A stretch of DNA of 64,000 bases, taken from contig CAVVHE010000008.1 of assembly GCA_963748015.1 (NCBI GenBank), positions 844,630 through 908,629 on the forward strand, read 5' to 3'. This document shows, piece by piece, positions 9,611-18,829 of the stretch. The notes under the pieces are model-generated. The model did not search any database and was not told where the DNA came from. It saw only the letters and a program-made list of their open reading frames with translations. A program made the position numbers and the translations under genes. The DNA is from Terriglobia bacterium. Its GTDB lineage: Bacteria; Acidobacteriota; Polarisedimenticolia; Polarisedimenticolales; JAIQFR01. The first letter of the stretch is position 1; the number at the start of each line of letters is the position of its first letter.

Positions 9611-10906
9611 TCAACTTTCTTCCGGCGGGCGTTCGATTGGAACGGGCGGAGGCGGGTCAGGAGGCATCGCGTCCGGCAAGGGCGCCCCGCCGCCCGCCGG
9701 AGGCGGCCCGGCGGGCGTCACGGCCGCCGCCCTTCTCGCCCGCCTCCAGTCGCGCGTCCCCAGGACCATCGCGCCGAGACCGAGGAACGCGCAGGCGAAC
9801 CAGAGGATCCAGCCGAGGGTCGGTATCGCGAACAGCACGTACAGCGCGATGGTTCCGGCGGCGAATGCGACGTACTGCGACGGCTCGGGCCGACCGAGCT
9901 TCAGGAACAGCCAGCGCCCCGCCGCGACGGCAACCGGCACCTTGGCGAGGTACACGGCGAGCGCGTACAGGAGGAGCACGGCCAGCGCGAGCGGGATCGT
10001 GACGATCAGGATGCACGAAAGGACCGCCGCCACCGGAACGACGATGAAGGCCAGGAACCCGACGCCGAGGTTCCGGAGCACGTCGCCCCGGGTTGCCGCC
10101 AGGACGGCCTCCCCGGGTTTCCGCGCCAGCGCGAGCGCGCCCAATCCGGTGAGCAGGCCCAGCAGGAGCGAGGTGAACCACCAGGCGAAGCCGCCGACGA
10201 ACGAGCGCCGGTTCTCCATGCGGACGTGATTCCTTACTTCTCGCTCGACCCGGCCTTGAACCATGCGCTGCACGTCCTCGGGCACCGGGACGCGCGACTG
10301 GTGGGACAGGTTGCCGGCGATCTTGGCCTTCTCGTCGATCTTGACGACATCGGCCTCGAGCGACGCGTCCTTCCCGACGGTCCCCGAAAGCTCGATCTGG
10401 CCGCCCTGCGCGGAGAGGTCGCCGCCGATCGCGCCGTGGAGACCGATCTGCCCCGCATAGACGTCGACGTCCCCGCCGATGGTCGAGCCGGAGCGCGCCT
10501 CCACCGTCCCGCACTTCGCGTCGAAGTCCTTCCCCACGCTTCCCGCGATGACGCACTCCGCCCCTTTCGCGTCCACCTCGCCCGTCACCTTGCCGGTGAC
10601 CGTCACGTTGTTGCCGATGAACTTGACGTTCCCGGTGACCTCGCCGGAGACGTCGAGAGTCCCTCCGAACACCCAGAGGTTGCCATCCTGCTTTCCGGCG
10701 ATCGTCACGGTCGCCTTGAACAGCTTGAGGTTTCCGTGGTGGGTCTTGCCGGCGGGAAGCGTGTAGTTCCCTCCGAGATCGGAGAACCCGGGGTCGTCCT
10801 GGGGCCTGGCGGCGAGCGGCAGCGCCAGGATCCCCGCCAGAAGGACGCCCGCCGTCCACACGGTAGCGCGTCGCAATCGCCGTCCGGCTATCCGTTGTCT
10901 GGCCAT
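9611..10906 (-). CDS. Exported bactofilin-like (polymer-forming) beta-helix protein with C-terminal multi-TM domain
   Basis: Signal-peptide-like N-terminus, repeated V/I-x-G-x-V-x-G-D/N units, then about 5-6 TM helices and a Pro-rich tail. Confidence 0.8.
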   Translation of the reverse strand: MARQRIAGRRLRRATVWTAGVLLAGILALPLAARPQDDPGFSDLGGNYTLPAGKTHHGNLKLFKATVTIAGKQDGNLWVFGGTLDVSGEVTGNVKFIGNNVTVTGKVTGEVDAKGAECVIAGSVGKDFDAKCGTVEARSGSTIGGDVDVYAGQIGLHGAIGGDLSAQGGQIELSGTVGKDASLEADVVKIDEKAKIAGNLSHQSRVPVPEDVQRMVQGRVEREVRNHVRMENRRSFVGGFAWWFTSLLLGLLTGLGALALARKPGEAVLAATRGDVLRNLGVGFLAFIVVPVAAVLSCILIVTIPLALAVLLLYALAVYLAKVPVAVAAGRWLFLKLGRPEPSQYVAFAAGTIALYVLFAIPTLGWILWFACAFLGLGAMVLGTRDWRRARRAAAVTPAGPPPAGGGAPLPDAMPPDPPPPVPIERPPEES

Positions 10907-10950
10907 GGTCCTGTCCTCCCGATGACAGTGTTGGGGCGGTTCCGCGCCGT

Positions 10951-11019
10951 CGTCAATGGCTCAGGCGGCCGGCGGTCGGATTCCGCGGGTGAGCGGTCGT
11001 CACCACCCGGCCGCCGGGA
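10951..11019 (-). promoter_or_regulatory. Putative LytTR-binding direct repeats next to a -35 element
   Basis: On the + strand GGCCGGCGGTC (10967), GGTGAGCGGTC (10988) and GGCCGCCGGGA (11009) recur at an exact 21-bp period. TTGACG lies on the - strand at 10956-10951. Confidence 0.45.
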
Positions 11020-11050
11020 CCTCGAATTCGGCCGGAACGGGCCAGCCTCG

Positions 11051-11112
11051 GCTTGCTCGTCCTCGGGAGCAAGCATCCTCGGCGGCTCGAAATGCCGCCT
11101 GCGGAGGCTTGC
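11051..11112. repeat. REP-like palindromic intergenic sequence
   Basis: GCTTGC...GCAAGC...GCTTGC and GGCGGC/GCCGCC stems just after the LytTR stop. Confidence 0.35.
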
Positions 11113-11135
11113 ACCCTCGTCCTCGCGATGGACAG

Positions 11136-11933
11136 CTACCAGGGGATGAGCTCGCGGAGGCGGCGGGCCTGGCGGCGGGAGAGGGGCACGGTGCTGCGCG
11201 CGGCGTCGCGGATCACGATGCGGAAGGTGCCGGCGTCGCCCGGGAGGATCTCGGCGATCGTCGAGAGGTTGACGAGGTACGCGCGGTGCGTGCGGAAGAA
11301 CGACGGGCCGAGGAGGCTCTCGAGCTCGGCGAGCGGGCGCTCGACGAGGAATCGTCCCTCGGCGGTGCGGGCGAAGACGAGGACGTCCTCGGCCTCGAAC
11401 CAGAACACGTCGGCGGGGTCGAGGAGCACGATCTTCGCGCCCCGTCGCCCCGGGATCTTGAGCGGTCCCGCTTCGCGGGGAGGTGGGGGCGGCGCCGCGG
11501 CCTGCTCGGGGCGGGGGAGCCCGGCGCGAATCTCCTCGAGGACCCGGAGCAGGTCGGAGGTGGGAGGTTCCTGCTGGCGAAGCGCCTCGCGCGCGCGATC
11601 GAGGGCCGCGGCGAAGCGGCGGCGGTCGAACGGCTTCAGCAGGTAGTCGAGGGAGTTGACCTCGAACGCGCGCACGGCATATTGATCGAACGCGGTCGTG
11701 AAGATGACGCGCGGCACGTGCTTCGCGCGGCGCAGGACCTCGAAACCGTCGGCCTCGGGCATCTGCACGTCCAGGAAGCAAAGCTCCGGCCGCTCGCGAT
11801 CGAGCAGGGCCACGGCGGAGGGTCCGTCCGCCGCCTCGCCGACCACGGCGACGTCCGGGTGGTCCGCGAGCAGGCGGCGGACCCGGTCGCGCGCCGGCTT
11901 CTCGTCGTCGACGATGACGGCGCGGATCTTCAT
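11136..11933 (-). CDS. LytTR-family response regulator
   Basis: Receiver motifs VIVDDE, FLDVQMP, FTTAFDQYA and DYLLKP. LytTR domain FFRTHRAYLVN and VPLSRR. ATGA overlap with the kinase. Confidence 0.95.
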   Translation of the reverse strand: MKIRAVIVDDEKPARDRVRRLLADHPDVAVVGEAADGPSAVALLDRERPELCFLDVQMPEADGFEVLRRAKHVPRVIFTTAFDQYAVRAFEVNSLDYLLKPFDRRRFAAALDRAREALRQQEPPTSDLLRVLEEIRAGLPRPEQAAAPPPPPREAGPLKIPGRRGAKIVLLDPADVFWFEAEDVLVFARTAEGRFLVERPLAELESLLGPSFFRTHRAYLVNLSTIAEILPGDAGTFRIVIRDAARSTVPLSRRQARRLRELIPW

Positions 11934-13057
11934 CGGGCAGCGGCCTCCTGCAGGCCGACCGCCGGCGGGAGGCCGGCCGCGGTCCTCGGAGAGGCGGGCA
12001 TCGTGACCCTCGCGATCGTTCCGCGCCCGCCGGGTCCCGCGTGGAGGTCGAGCGACGCGCTTCCGAGGTAGCACGCGGCGAGCCGCTGGCTCACGTTCGA
12101 CAGCCCGTGTCCTTCGCGGAGAAGGGCCGGGCCGGCGTCGCGGAGCCCGGCGCCGTCATCCTCGACCTCGACCGAGAGCGTTCCGTCGCGGACGGCCGCC
12201 CGGATGACCACCGTCCCGCCGGAGCGGACCGGCGCGATGCCGTGGCCGACCGCGTTCTCGACCAAGGGCTGCAGGACGAGGCCGGGGAGGCGCGCCGCCC
12301 GCGCTTCGGGCTCGACCTCCCAGACGACCCGGAGGCGGTCGCCGAAGCGCGCGCGCTCGATGTCGAGATAACCGGCGACGAACTCCAGCTCGTCGGAGAG
12401 GGGAACGGGCCCCGCGTCGGCGACCCGGAACGTGTAGCGGAACAGGTCGGCGAGCGTCTGGACCACCTCGTCCGCCTTGTCCGGGTCCTCTTCGAGGAGC
12501 GACGAGATCGTGTTGAGCGTGTTGAAGAAGAAGTGCGGGTTGATCCGCGCCTGCAGGGCCGAAAGCTCGGCGCGGGCCGCTGCCTCCTTGAGCCGGGCCT
12601 CCACGAGGCGGACCTCCTCGACCTCGCGCAGCGTCTCCTCGAGCCGCCACCGCAGCGTGTCGTAGGCGTGCACCATCCCGCCGACCACCAGCGCGAGGAG
12701 GCCGTTGATCGCCCCGATCGCGAGCGTCTGGCGCAGGTCCCGCAGGACGAAAAGCGGGAAGAAGTACAGGACCACCGCGGTGCCGGCAATGGAGCCGGAA
12801 AGGAGCGCCAGCCCCAGCAGCGCGACCCGCGAGGCCGGGGCGAGACCGCGCAGCCGCGGGAACAGGAAGACCGATGCGATCAGCACCGTGAAGCCGACGA
12901 CGTTGCCGAACAGGATGCTGATCCAGAGGAGCGTCGGCTCGAATCCCCCCGCGCGGAACGCGCCGACCGCCAGTCCGGTCGCGGTGCCGGCCGCGGTGTT
13001 GCTCGCGGCCCAGAGAAGGACCTGCAGGGCGGGGGGAAAGCCGTCCCGGCGCGTCAT
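11930..13057 (-). CDS. LytS/YehU-type sensor histidine kinase
   Basis: LQARINPHFFFNTLN H-box, LQPLVENAVGHG, EDDGAG and GHGLSNV, with about 4 N-terminal TM helices. ATGA overlap with the phosphatase. Confidence 0.93.
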   Translation of the reverse strand: MTRRDGFPPALQVLLWAASNTAAGTATGLAVGAFRAGGFEPTLLWISILFGNVVGFTVLIASVFLFPRLRGLAPASRVALLGLALLSGSIAGTAVVLYFFPLFVLRDLRQTLAIGAINGLLALVVGGMVHAYDTLRWRLEETLREVEEVRLVEARLKEAAARAELSALQARINPHFFFNTLNTISSLLEEDPDKADEVVQTLADLFRYTFRVADAGPVPLSDELEFVAGYLDIERARFGDRLRVVWEVEPEARAARLPGLVLQPLVENAVGHGIAPVRSGGTVVIRAAVRDGTLSVEVEDDGAGLRDAGPALLREGHGLSNVSQRLAACYLGSASLDLHAGPGGRGTIARVTMPASPRTAAGLPPAVGLQEAAAR

Positions 13058-14337
13058 GTGGCGCGGGCGAGGACCAGCGTGACGTCGTCGTGGGGGGAGC
13101 GCCCGCCGCGCCAGCGGGTCACCTCGTCGAGGACGGTCCCGACGATTTCCTCGAGATTGCGCTCGCGGTGGTCGGCGAGTATGCCGACAAGCCTCTCCTC
13201 GCCGAACTCCTGATCCTCCGAGTTCGGGGACTCGATGACCCCGTCGGTGAACAGCGCGAGGAGGTCCCCCTCCTGCAGGACGCACTGCCCCTCGCCATAG
13301 CGCGCTTCCCCGAGGAGGCCGATCGGGAGCCCGCCGTCGGTCAGGCGCGTGGTGCCGTTCTTGCCGAGGATCAGGGGAGGGAAGTGCCCGGCATTGCTGT
13401 ACGTGAGCGTCCGGGACAGGCCGTTGTAGTGGCCGAAGAACATCGTCGCGTAGCGCGCGGCCGAGGTGGATCGAAGGAGCAGCTCGTTCAGGCGGCGCAT
13501 GATCTCGCTCGGGCCGAGCGCCGGCAGCGCGATGCTCCGGACCGAGGCCTGCAGCCCGGCCATCAGGAGCGCCGCGGGGATTCCCTTCCCGGAGACGTCG
13601 GCGATGACGAGGCCCACGCGATCCTCGGCGAACGGCAGGAAATCGTAGAGATCTCCCCCCACGCCGACCGCCGGCAGGCACGCCCCGGCAAGCTGCAGCC
13701 CCCGCACTTGAGGGACGGAGCGCGGGAGGAGCTCTCGCTGCACCTCGCGCGCGATGGCGAGCTCGCGCTCCATGGCCTCCTTCTCGCGCAGGACGCGGTA
13801 CGACTCCTCGATCTGCCGGCGCATCGAGTCGTAGGTGTGCAGCGCGATCCCGACGATCACCGCGAACGCCGCGTTGAGCAGTACGAGCACCGCGACGGTC
13901 TTCGGCCGCGCGAGGGAGTACAGGGGCTGGGACGCCAGGATCGCGACCGAGCCGAACACGGTGCCGGACAGCAGCGTGAGTACCTGGAGGGCGATGCGAA
14001 CCGCGAACGGAAGCCGGGCATAGTACGGGAAAACGAGGCGCGCGGACGCCAGCGAGGTGAACCCTACGACCTCGGCGAACAGCACGCTTTGACGAAGGAG
14101 CGGGAAGAAGTCGGGCGCGCCGCGGGTGTACGCGATCCCCGCGCCCACCACCGCGCCGATCGCGGCCCACCCCACGGCCCATGCCACGAGGAATCGGTAA
14201 GGAGATGCCCCGGCCGGCTCGAGGCCGGTCGCGGCGAGCGCCGAGGACACGAGGCTCGACGGCTTCTCCGCGCCGGAGGAGCCGGGGAGCGCTTGAGCCG
14301 CCTCGGTCATGCGATTCTCCCTGACGCCGGTCTCCAC
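13054..14337 (-). CDS. Membrane PP2C/SpoIIE (RsbU-like) Ser/Thr phosphatase
   Basis: ELAIAREVQ, VGGDLYD, IADVSGKG, NAGH, FTDGV and DDVT motifs, with N-terminal TM helices. Confidence 0.93.
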   Translation of the reverse strand: METGVRENRMTEAAQALPGSSGAEKPSSLVSSALAATGLEPAGASPYRFLVAWAVGWAAIGAVVGAGIAYTRGAPDFFPLLRQSVLFAEVVGFTSLASARLVFPYYARLPFAVRIALQVLTLLSGTVFGSVAILASQPLYSLARPKTVAVLVLLNAAFAVIVGIALHTYDSMRRQIEESYRVLREKEAMERELAIAREVQRELLPRSVPQVRGLQLAGACLPAVGVGGDLYDFLPFAEDRVGLVIADVSGKGIPAALLMAGLQASVRSIALPALGPSEIMRRLNELLLRSTSAARYATMFFGHYNGLSRTLTYSNAGHFPPLILGKNGTTRLTDGGLPIGLLGEARYGEGQCVLQEGDLLALFTDGVIESPNSEDQEFGEERLVGILADHRERNLEEIVGTVLDEVTRWRGGRSPHDDVTLVLARAT

Positions 14338-14377
14338 ATGCTCATGATACGCTCGACGACGCCCAATGGCTTCGTCC

Positions 14378-14391
14378 GCATACTAGTATGC
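14378..14391. promoter_or_regulatory. Perfect 14-bp palindrome GCATACTAGTATGC, candidate operator
   Basis: AT-rich palindrome about 40 bp upstream of the phosphatase start, in otherwise GC-rich DNA. Confidence 0.4.
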
Positions 14392-14517
14392 CGGCGGGTG
14401 GATCGGCACCCGAATCCGGTCGATGCGGAACCCCGACGTTGCTCCGACCGCGGCCCACCCGGGTTGCTGCCGCGGCCAGGCGTGGCTCGCCTTCGGACTT
14501 GGGACAGCCGCCCCGTC

Positions 14518-15228
14518 CTAGTTCAGCCCGGAGCCGCCCTCCTCGGGAGTGCGAAGCGCCTTGAGGCGAAGGACGCGCTCGAGGATCTCGTCGAGCATCC
14601 CCGACGCGCGCCGCTGCCGGGCGAACAGGTCGTCCTCCTCGAGGAGCGATTGCCGCTTCGCGGGGTCCACGGGGAGGTTCGCGCAGGCGCCGTTGACCGC
14701 GGTCTCGAAGGGAATCCGCTCGTCCAGCACCGCACCCCCCTCGGGGCGGTCGGCCAGCTCGCGAATCAGGCAACCGTGGGAGGCGAGGAGGGACAGCTTA
14801 GCGGAGCGGACTTCCGGGTCTGCGTCGTCCACGGGGGACTCCGCCAGGGGACGCACGCGGACCAGCCGGTACGGGGCGGACCGGACGACCTCCCCGAAGC
14901 GGACCCGCTGCAGGCCGACGAGGCGTAGATTGAACTTCCCTCCGGGGAGGGGCTCGAGGTCCTCGATCCGGCCGACGGTGCCGGTGTCGTGGAACGAGGG
15001 ACTCCCCGCGTAGTCCTCCTCCCAGCCCGGCCTCAAGAGCGCGATCGCGATCAGCCCTTCGCCGGCCGTCGCGTCCCGGACCATCGTCCGGTAGCGCGGT
15101 TCGAAGACGTGGAGGGGAAGGACCGTCCGGGGGAACAAGACGACGCCGGGGAGCGGAAAGACGGGCACGACTCCGGATGCGGAGACGCACTCGGGCTCGG
15201 ACCGGGCGGGGTGCCGCGAACCCTTCAT
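14518..15228 (-). CDS. LON peptidase substrate-binding domain protein (no ATPase or protease domain)
   Basis: PVFPLPGVVLFP, LHVFEPRY, GTVGRI and PYRL. Confidence 0.9.
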   Translation of the reverse strand: MKGSRHPARSEPECVSASGVVPVFPLPGVVLFPRTVLPLHVFEPRYRTMVRDATAGEGLIAIALLRPGWEEDYAGSPSFHDTGTVGRIEDLEPLPGGKFNLRLVGLQRVRFGEVVRSAPYRLVRVRPLAESPVDDADPEVRSAKLSLLASHGCLIRELADRPEGGAVLDERIPFETAVNGACANLPVDPAKRQSLLEEDDLFARQRRASGMLDEILERVLRLKALRTPEEGGSGLN

Positions 15229-15235
15229 GCCGGGA

Positions 15236-16150
15236 TCATATCTCTTGGGGCTTGCGCGCGATGATGCCCGAGACGGCGCGTGCGGGACGGCCGGGAACGG
15301 CCGGCTCGACCTCCTCGCGCAGGCGCAGGATCTCCCAGTCGTCGAACACCCGCTTCAGCTCTCCCGGTTTCAACAGGTGGGCGGGGTTCGCCGGCCGGCC
15401 GAAACGCGGTTGCTCGGTCGTGAAGGTCTGGTACACGACGACGCCGCCGGGCTTGAGACCGTCGCGGATGTCGTTGAACAGGGGGCGATGGAGGTAGTTG
15501 AACACCGCGACGACGTCGTAGGTCTCGAGGGGGATGATGTAGGTCCCGTCCTCGACGTTTCCCACGATGCCTCGGATCGGCGCGCCGAGCTTGCGCGCGG
15601 CCGTCCGGGCCCGCCGGACCGCGTCGGGGTCCACGTCCACGCCGTCCACGTCGAAGCCGCGCGTCGCGAGGTAGATCGCGTTGCGCCCCTCGCCCATCGC
15701 GATGTCGAGCGCGAGTCCCTTCGGGAGAAGCTGGAAGTTCTCGATCAGGAACCGCTCCGGAGCGATCGGGTGAACCTGCCGCCCGTTTCCCTCCATGCCC
15801 GTGGCGACGGGGCCGGGCCAAGCCTCGATCCCGCCCTCTAGGTTGAACAGCGACCGCAGGCCCTGCTCCGCGAGGAACTGGCAGGCCGACGCGGAGCGGA
15901 TCCCGTACTCGCAGACGACCGCGACCGGGACGCCGCTGTTCGGCACCTCGCTCGCGCGGGTGTCGAGCTCCTGCAGCGGGATCAGGACGGAGCCGGGGAT
16001 GTGCTTCGCCTCGAACTCGGTCTCGGTTCGCACGTCGAGAACAGCCAGGGACTCGCCCATCGCGAGCTTCCGGTAGAGCTCGTCTCCCCCGATGGCTTCC
16101 CAGCGCGAATCACGAGACAACGTCGGCACCCCCGAAACGTCCGCCTGCAA
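15236..16150 (-). CDS. Rhodanese domain plus class I SAM methyltransferase (TehB-like) fusion
   Basis: Rhodanese: LDVR..EF..HIPG, CEYGIRS, LEGGIEAW. Methyltransferase: LDIAMGEGRNA, LKPGG, LKPGEL. Start uncertain. Confidence 0.85.
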   Translation of the reverse strand: MQADVSGVPTLSRDSRWEAIGGDELYRKLAMGESLAVLDVRTETEFEAKHIPGSVLIPLQELDTRASEVPNSGVPVAVVCEYGIRSASACQFLAEQGLRSLFNLEGGIEAWPGPVATGMEGNGRQVHPIAPERFLIENFQLLPKGLALDIAMGEGRNAIYLATRGFDVDGVDVDPDAVRRARTAARKLGAPIRGIVGNVEDGTYIIPLETYDVVAVFNYLHRPLFNDIRDGLKPGGVVVYQTFTTEQPRFGRPANPAHLLKPGELKRVFDDWEILRLREEVEPAVPGRPARAVSGIIARKPQEI

Positions 16151-16284
16151 TATAGCGAATCGCTCCCGGGGACGCCCCTCCGCCTGGCCCGTTCAGACCA
16201 GCGCTAACGCAAGTTCTTATAGAAGGAGGGGGGCGGCAACCGTAAGGTGCGGAGTCGGTGGGGAACTCCTCACGGTGGGTGACG

Positions 16285-16974
16285 TTACGCGCGTTTGCCG
16301 TCCCCCTCCTTGGCAACCGCGGAGCGGCTGGGCCACGGGCAGTCGGGGCGAAGGCCGCAGCGGTCGCAGGCGGGTTTCCTCGCGGCGCAGACGCGCCGCC
16401 CGTGCCAGATCAGCGCGTGGGAAGAGGGCGTCCACTCGTTTTCGGGCAGGATCTCCATCAGATCGCGCTCGATCTTGTCGGGATCCGTCTCGGTGGTCAA
16501 GCCGAGCCGCTCCGCGAGGCGCCCGACGTGCGTGTCCACGGTGATCGCCGGGCGGCCGAACCAGGTGCCGAGGAGCACGTTGGCGGTCTTCCTGCCGACT
16601 CCCGGCAGGAGGATCAGCTCTTCCATGCGTTCGGGGACCCGGCCGCCGTGGCGCTCGACCAGCGCCTTTCCGAGCCCCGCGAGCGACCTCGCCTTGTTCC
16701 TGAAGAAGCCGGTGCTGCGGATCGCTTCCTCCAGCGCCGCGAGGTCGGCGCGCGCGTAGGCCCCGGCGTCCGGGTACCGGCGGAACAGGTCCGGCGTGAC
16801 CCGGTTGACCCGCTCGTCGGTGCACTGCGCGGAGAGGATCGTCGCGACGAGAAGCTCCAGCGGGGTGCGGTGGGTCAACGCGCACGTCGCGTCGGGGTAG
16901 AGGCGATGGAGCCCCTCGACGATTCTCGCCGCCCGCGCCTTCCTCGCCGGGGCGGGTTCACTCCTTGCCGCCAC
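16285..16974 (-). CDS. nth: Endonuclease III
   Basis: LVATILSAQCTD, HhH LPGVGRKTANV, VDTHV and the FeS motif CAARKPACDRCGLRPDC. Confidence 0.96.
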   Translation of the reverse strand: MAARSEPAPARKARAARIVEGLHRLYPDATCALTHRTPLELLVATILSAQCTDERVNRVTPDLFRRYPDAGAYARADLAALEEAIRSTGFFRNKARSLAGLGKALVERHGGRVPERMEELILLPGVGRKTANVLLGTWFGRPAITVDTHVGRLAERLGLTTETDPDKIERDLMEILPENEWTPSSHALIWHGRRVCAARKPACDRCGLRPDCPWPSRSAVAKEGDGKRA

Positions 16975-18826
16975 GTCCGCCTCCCTTGCCACCCTTCGGG
17001 CGCGGCGCGGTCTTGCGCGGCCGAGGCCGCGAGGAACCGGCCGGTCGCTTGACGCGCCGCGGTCTCGGCAGCGCGACCCGCGCGCCGCCGGTCCCGGCGT
17101 CGCGCCGCCTCGCCGCGAGCCACTCGAGGAGACGGTCGAGCGGAAGCGCGTTCAGGACGTCGTCCCGCGTGCACCCTCCCTTGCGCGCGATCCCGATCCC
17201 GTACTCCACGTGGGCGAGCCCCTCCACCTCGTGCGCGTCGGGGTTCACGCTCGTCTTCAGCCCGCGCGCCAGGCCGAAACGGAGCGCCGGCGCGTCGAGG
17301 TCGAGCCTCTGGGGATGGGAGTTGATCTCCACCGCGACACCGCGCTCCGCGGCGGCCTCGAGAACGCGGTGCAGCTCGAGCGGGTAGGCGTCTCGGGCGA
17401 GCAGGAGCCGGCCGGTGACGTGACCGATCGTGTCCACGTAGGGATTCGACACGGCCCGGACCAGCCGGTCGGTCTGTTCCTTCGCCCCGAGAGTGAAACG
17501 GCTGTGGATCGAGGCGACCACGTATTCGAATGAGGCGAGGGCCTCGTCGGGGAAATCGAGGGCGCCGTCGGGGAGGATGTCCACCTCGACTCCCTTGAGG
17601 ACGCGGAACTCGCCGCCGTACCGGGTGTTCAGCGCGTCGATCTCCTCCCACTGCCGACGGAACCGCTCCATCGTGAGCCCGCCCGCGTACGCTGCCGCCT
17701 GCGAGTGGTCGCAGAGGCCTAGGTACCCCATCCCGAGAGCCCTCGCCCCTTCGGCCATCTGCTCGATCGTTGCGAGCCCGTCCGACCAGACCGAGTGGCA
17801 GTGCAGGATGCCGCGCAGATCGCGGAGCTCGACGAGCCGCGGGATCCGTCCCTGCTCCGCGGCCTCGAGCTCTCCCTGGTCCTCCCGCATCTCGGGCGGG
17901 ACGAACGCGAGCCCCAGCGCGCGGTAGATCGCCTTCTCGTCCGGGCAGGGAATCGCGGCGCCGTCGGTCTCGCGGGTGAGGGCGTACTCGTTCAGCTTCA
18001 GCTCGAGCCGTTGCGCGCGCCCGCGGAGAGCGATGTTGTGGGCCTTGCTCCCCGTGAAGTACATCAGCGCGAACGGGAACGAGGCCGCCGGCACGACGCG
18101 GAGATCGGCGGAGGGGCCGGCGGCGAGACGCAGGCTGCACCGGGTCGGCCCCCTTCCGGTCACCTCCGCGACGCCGGGGGCCGATGCGAAGGCCTCCATC
18201 ACCGGCTCCGAGTCGGCGGCGGCGACCACGATGTCGATGTCCTTCGAGGTTTCGCAGCGACGCCGGACCGATCCCGCGACCTCCGCCCGGATCGTCTGCG
18301 GGACCGCTCGGACGACGGCGAGGAGCCGCTCCGCCTCCTCGCGGACGACCGGCTGCAGGAACCGCCCGGCGTGCGCCCGCAGCCGCTCGATCCCGTCGAG
18401 GATCTTTCTTTCGGTGGCCTCGCCGAAGCCCGGCAGATCGCGGAGCCGCCCCTCGCGACAGGCCTGCTCGAGGTCGTCGAGCGTCGAGATCCCGACCGCG
18501 AGGTGGATCGCCCGCGCCTTCTTGGGGCCAAGGCCGGGGACGCGGAGCCAGTCGAGCATCCCCGGCGGGACCTTCTCGCGAAGCTCGTCGAGATAGGGAA
18601 GCGACTCGCTCTCCAGGAGTGCGGCGATCTTCTCCGCGAGGGCCTCGCCGATCCCCTTCAGCCGGCGGATCTCGCCGGAGGTCACGAGGGCGCCGAGGTC
18701 CTCGTCGAGGCCGCGGACGACCCGCGCGGCGTTGGAATACGCCCGGCTCTTGAACGGGTTCTCGCCCAGGAGGTCGAGGAGGAGCGCGATCTCGTCGAGC
18801 GCGTCGGCGACGCCGGCCCGGTCCAT
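16958..18826 (-). CDS. polX: DNA polymerase X / PHP 3'-5' exonuclease
   Basis: ENPFKSRAY, GSVRR..KDID and YFTGSKAHN. PHP motifs HCHS.WSDG, DHS, EINS and NPDAH. Confidence 0.95.
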   Translation of the reverse strand: MDRAGVADALDEIALLLDLLGENPFKSRAYSNAARVVRGLDEDLGALVTSGEIRRLKGIGEALAEKIAALLESESLPYLDELREKVPPGMLDWLRVPGLGPKKARAIHLAVGISTLDDLEQACREGRLRDLPGFGEATERKILDGIERLRAHAGRFLQPVVREEAERLLAVVRAVPQTIRAEVAGSVRRRCETSKDIDIVVAAADSEPVMEAFASAPGVAEVTGRGPTRCSLRLAAGPSADLRVVPAASFPFALMYFTGSKAHNIALRGRAQRLELKLNEYALTRETDGAAIPCPDEKAIYRALGLAFVPPEMREDQGELEAAEQGRIPRLVELRDLRGILHCHSVWSDGLATIEQMAEGARALGMGYLGLCDHSQAAAYAGGLTMERFRRQWEEIDALNTRYGGEFRVLKGVEVDILPDGALDFPDEALASFEYVVASIHSRFTLGAKEQTDRLVRAVSNPYVDTIGHVTGRLLLARDAYPLELHRVLEAAAERGVAVEINSHPQRLDLDAPALRFGLARGLKTSVNPDAHEVEGLAHVEYGIGIARKGGCTRDDVLNALPLDRLLEWLAARRRDAGTGGARVALPRPRRVKRPAGSSRPRPRKTAPRPKGGKGGGRGGKE

Positions 18827-18829
18827 TCG

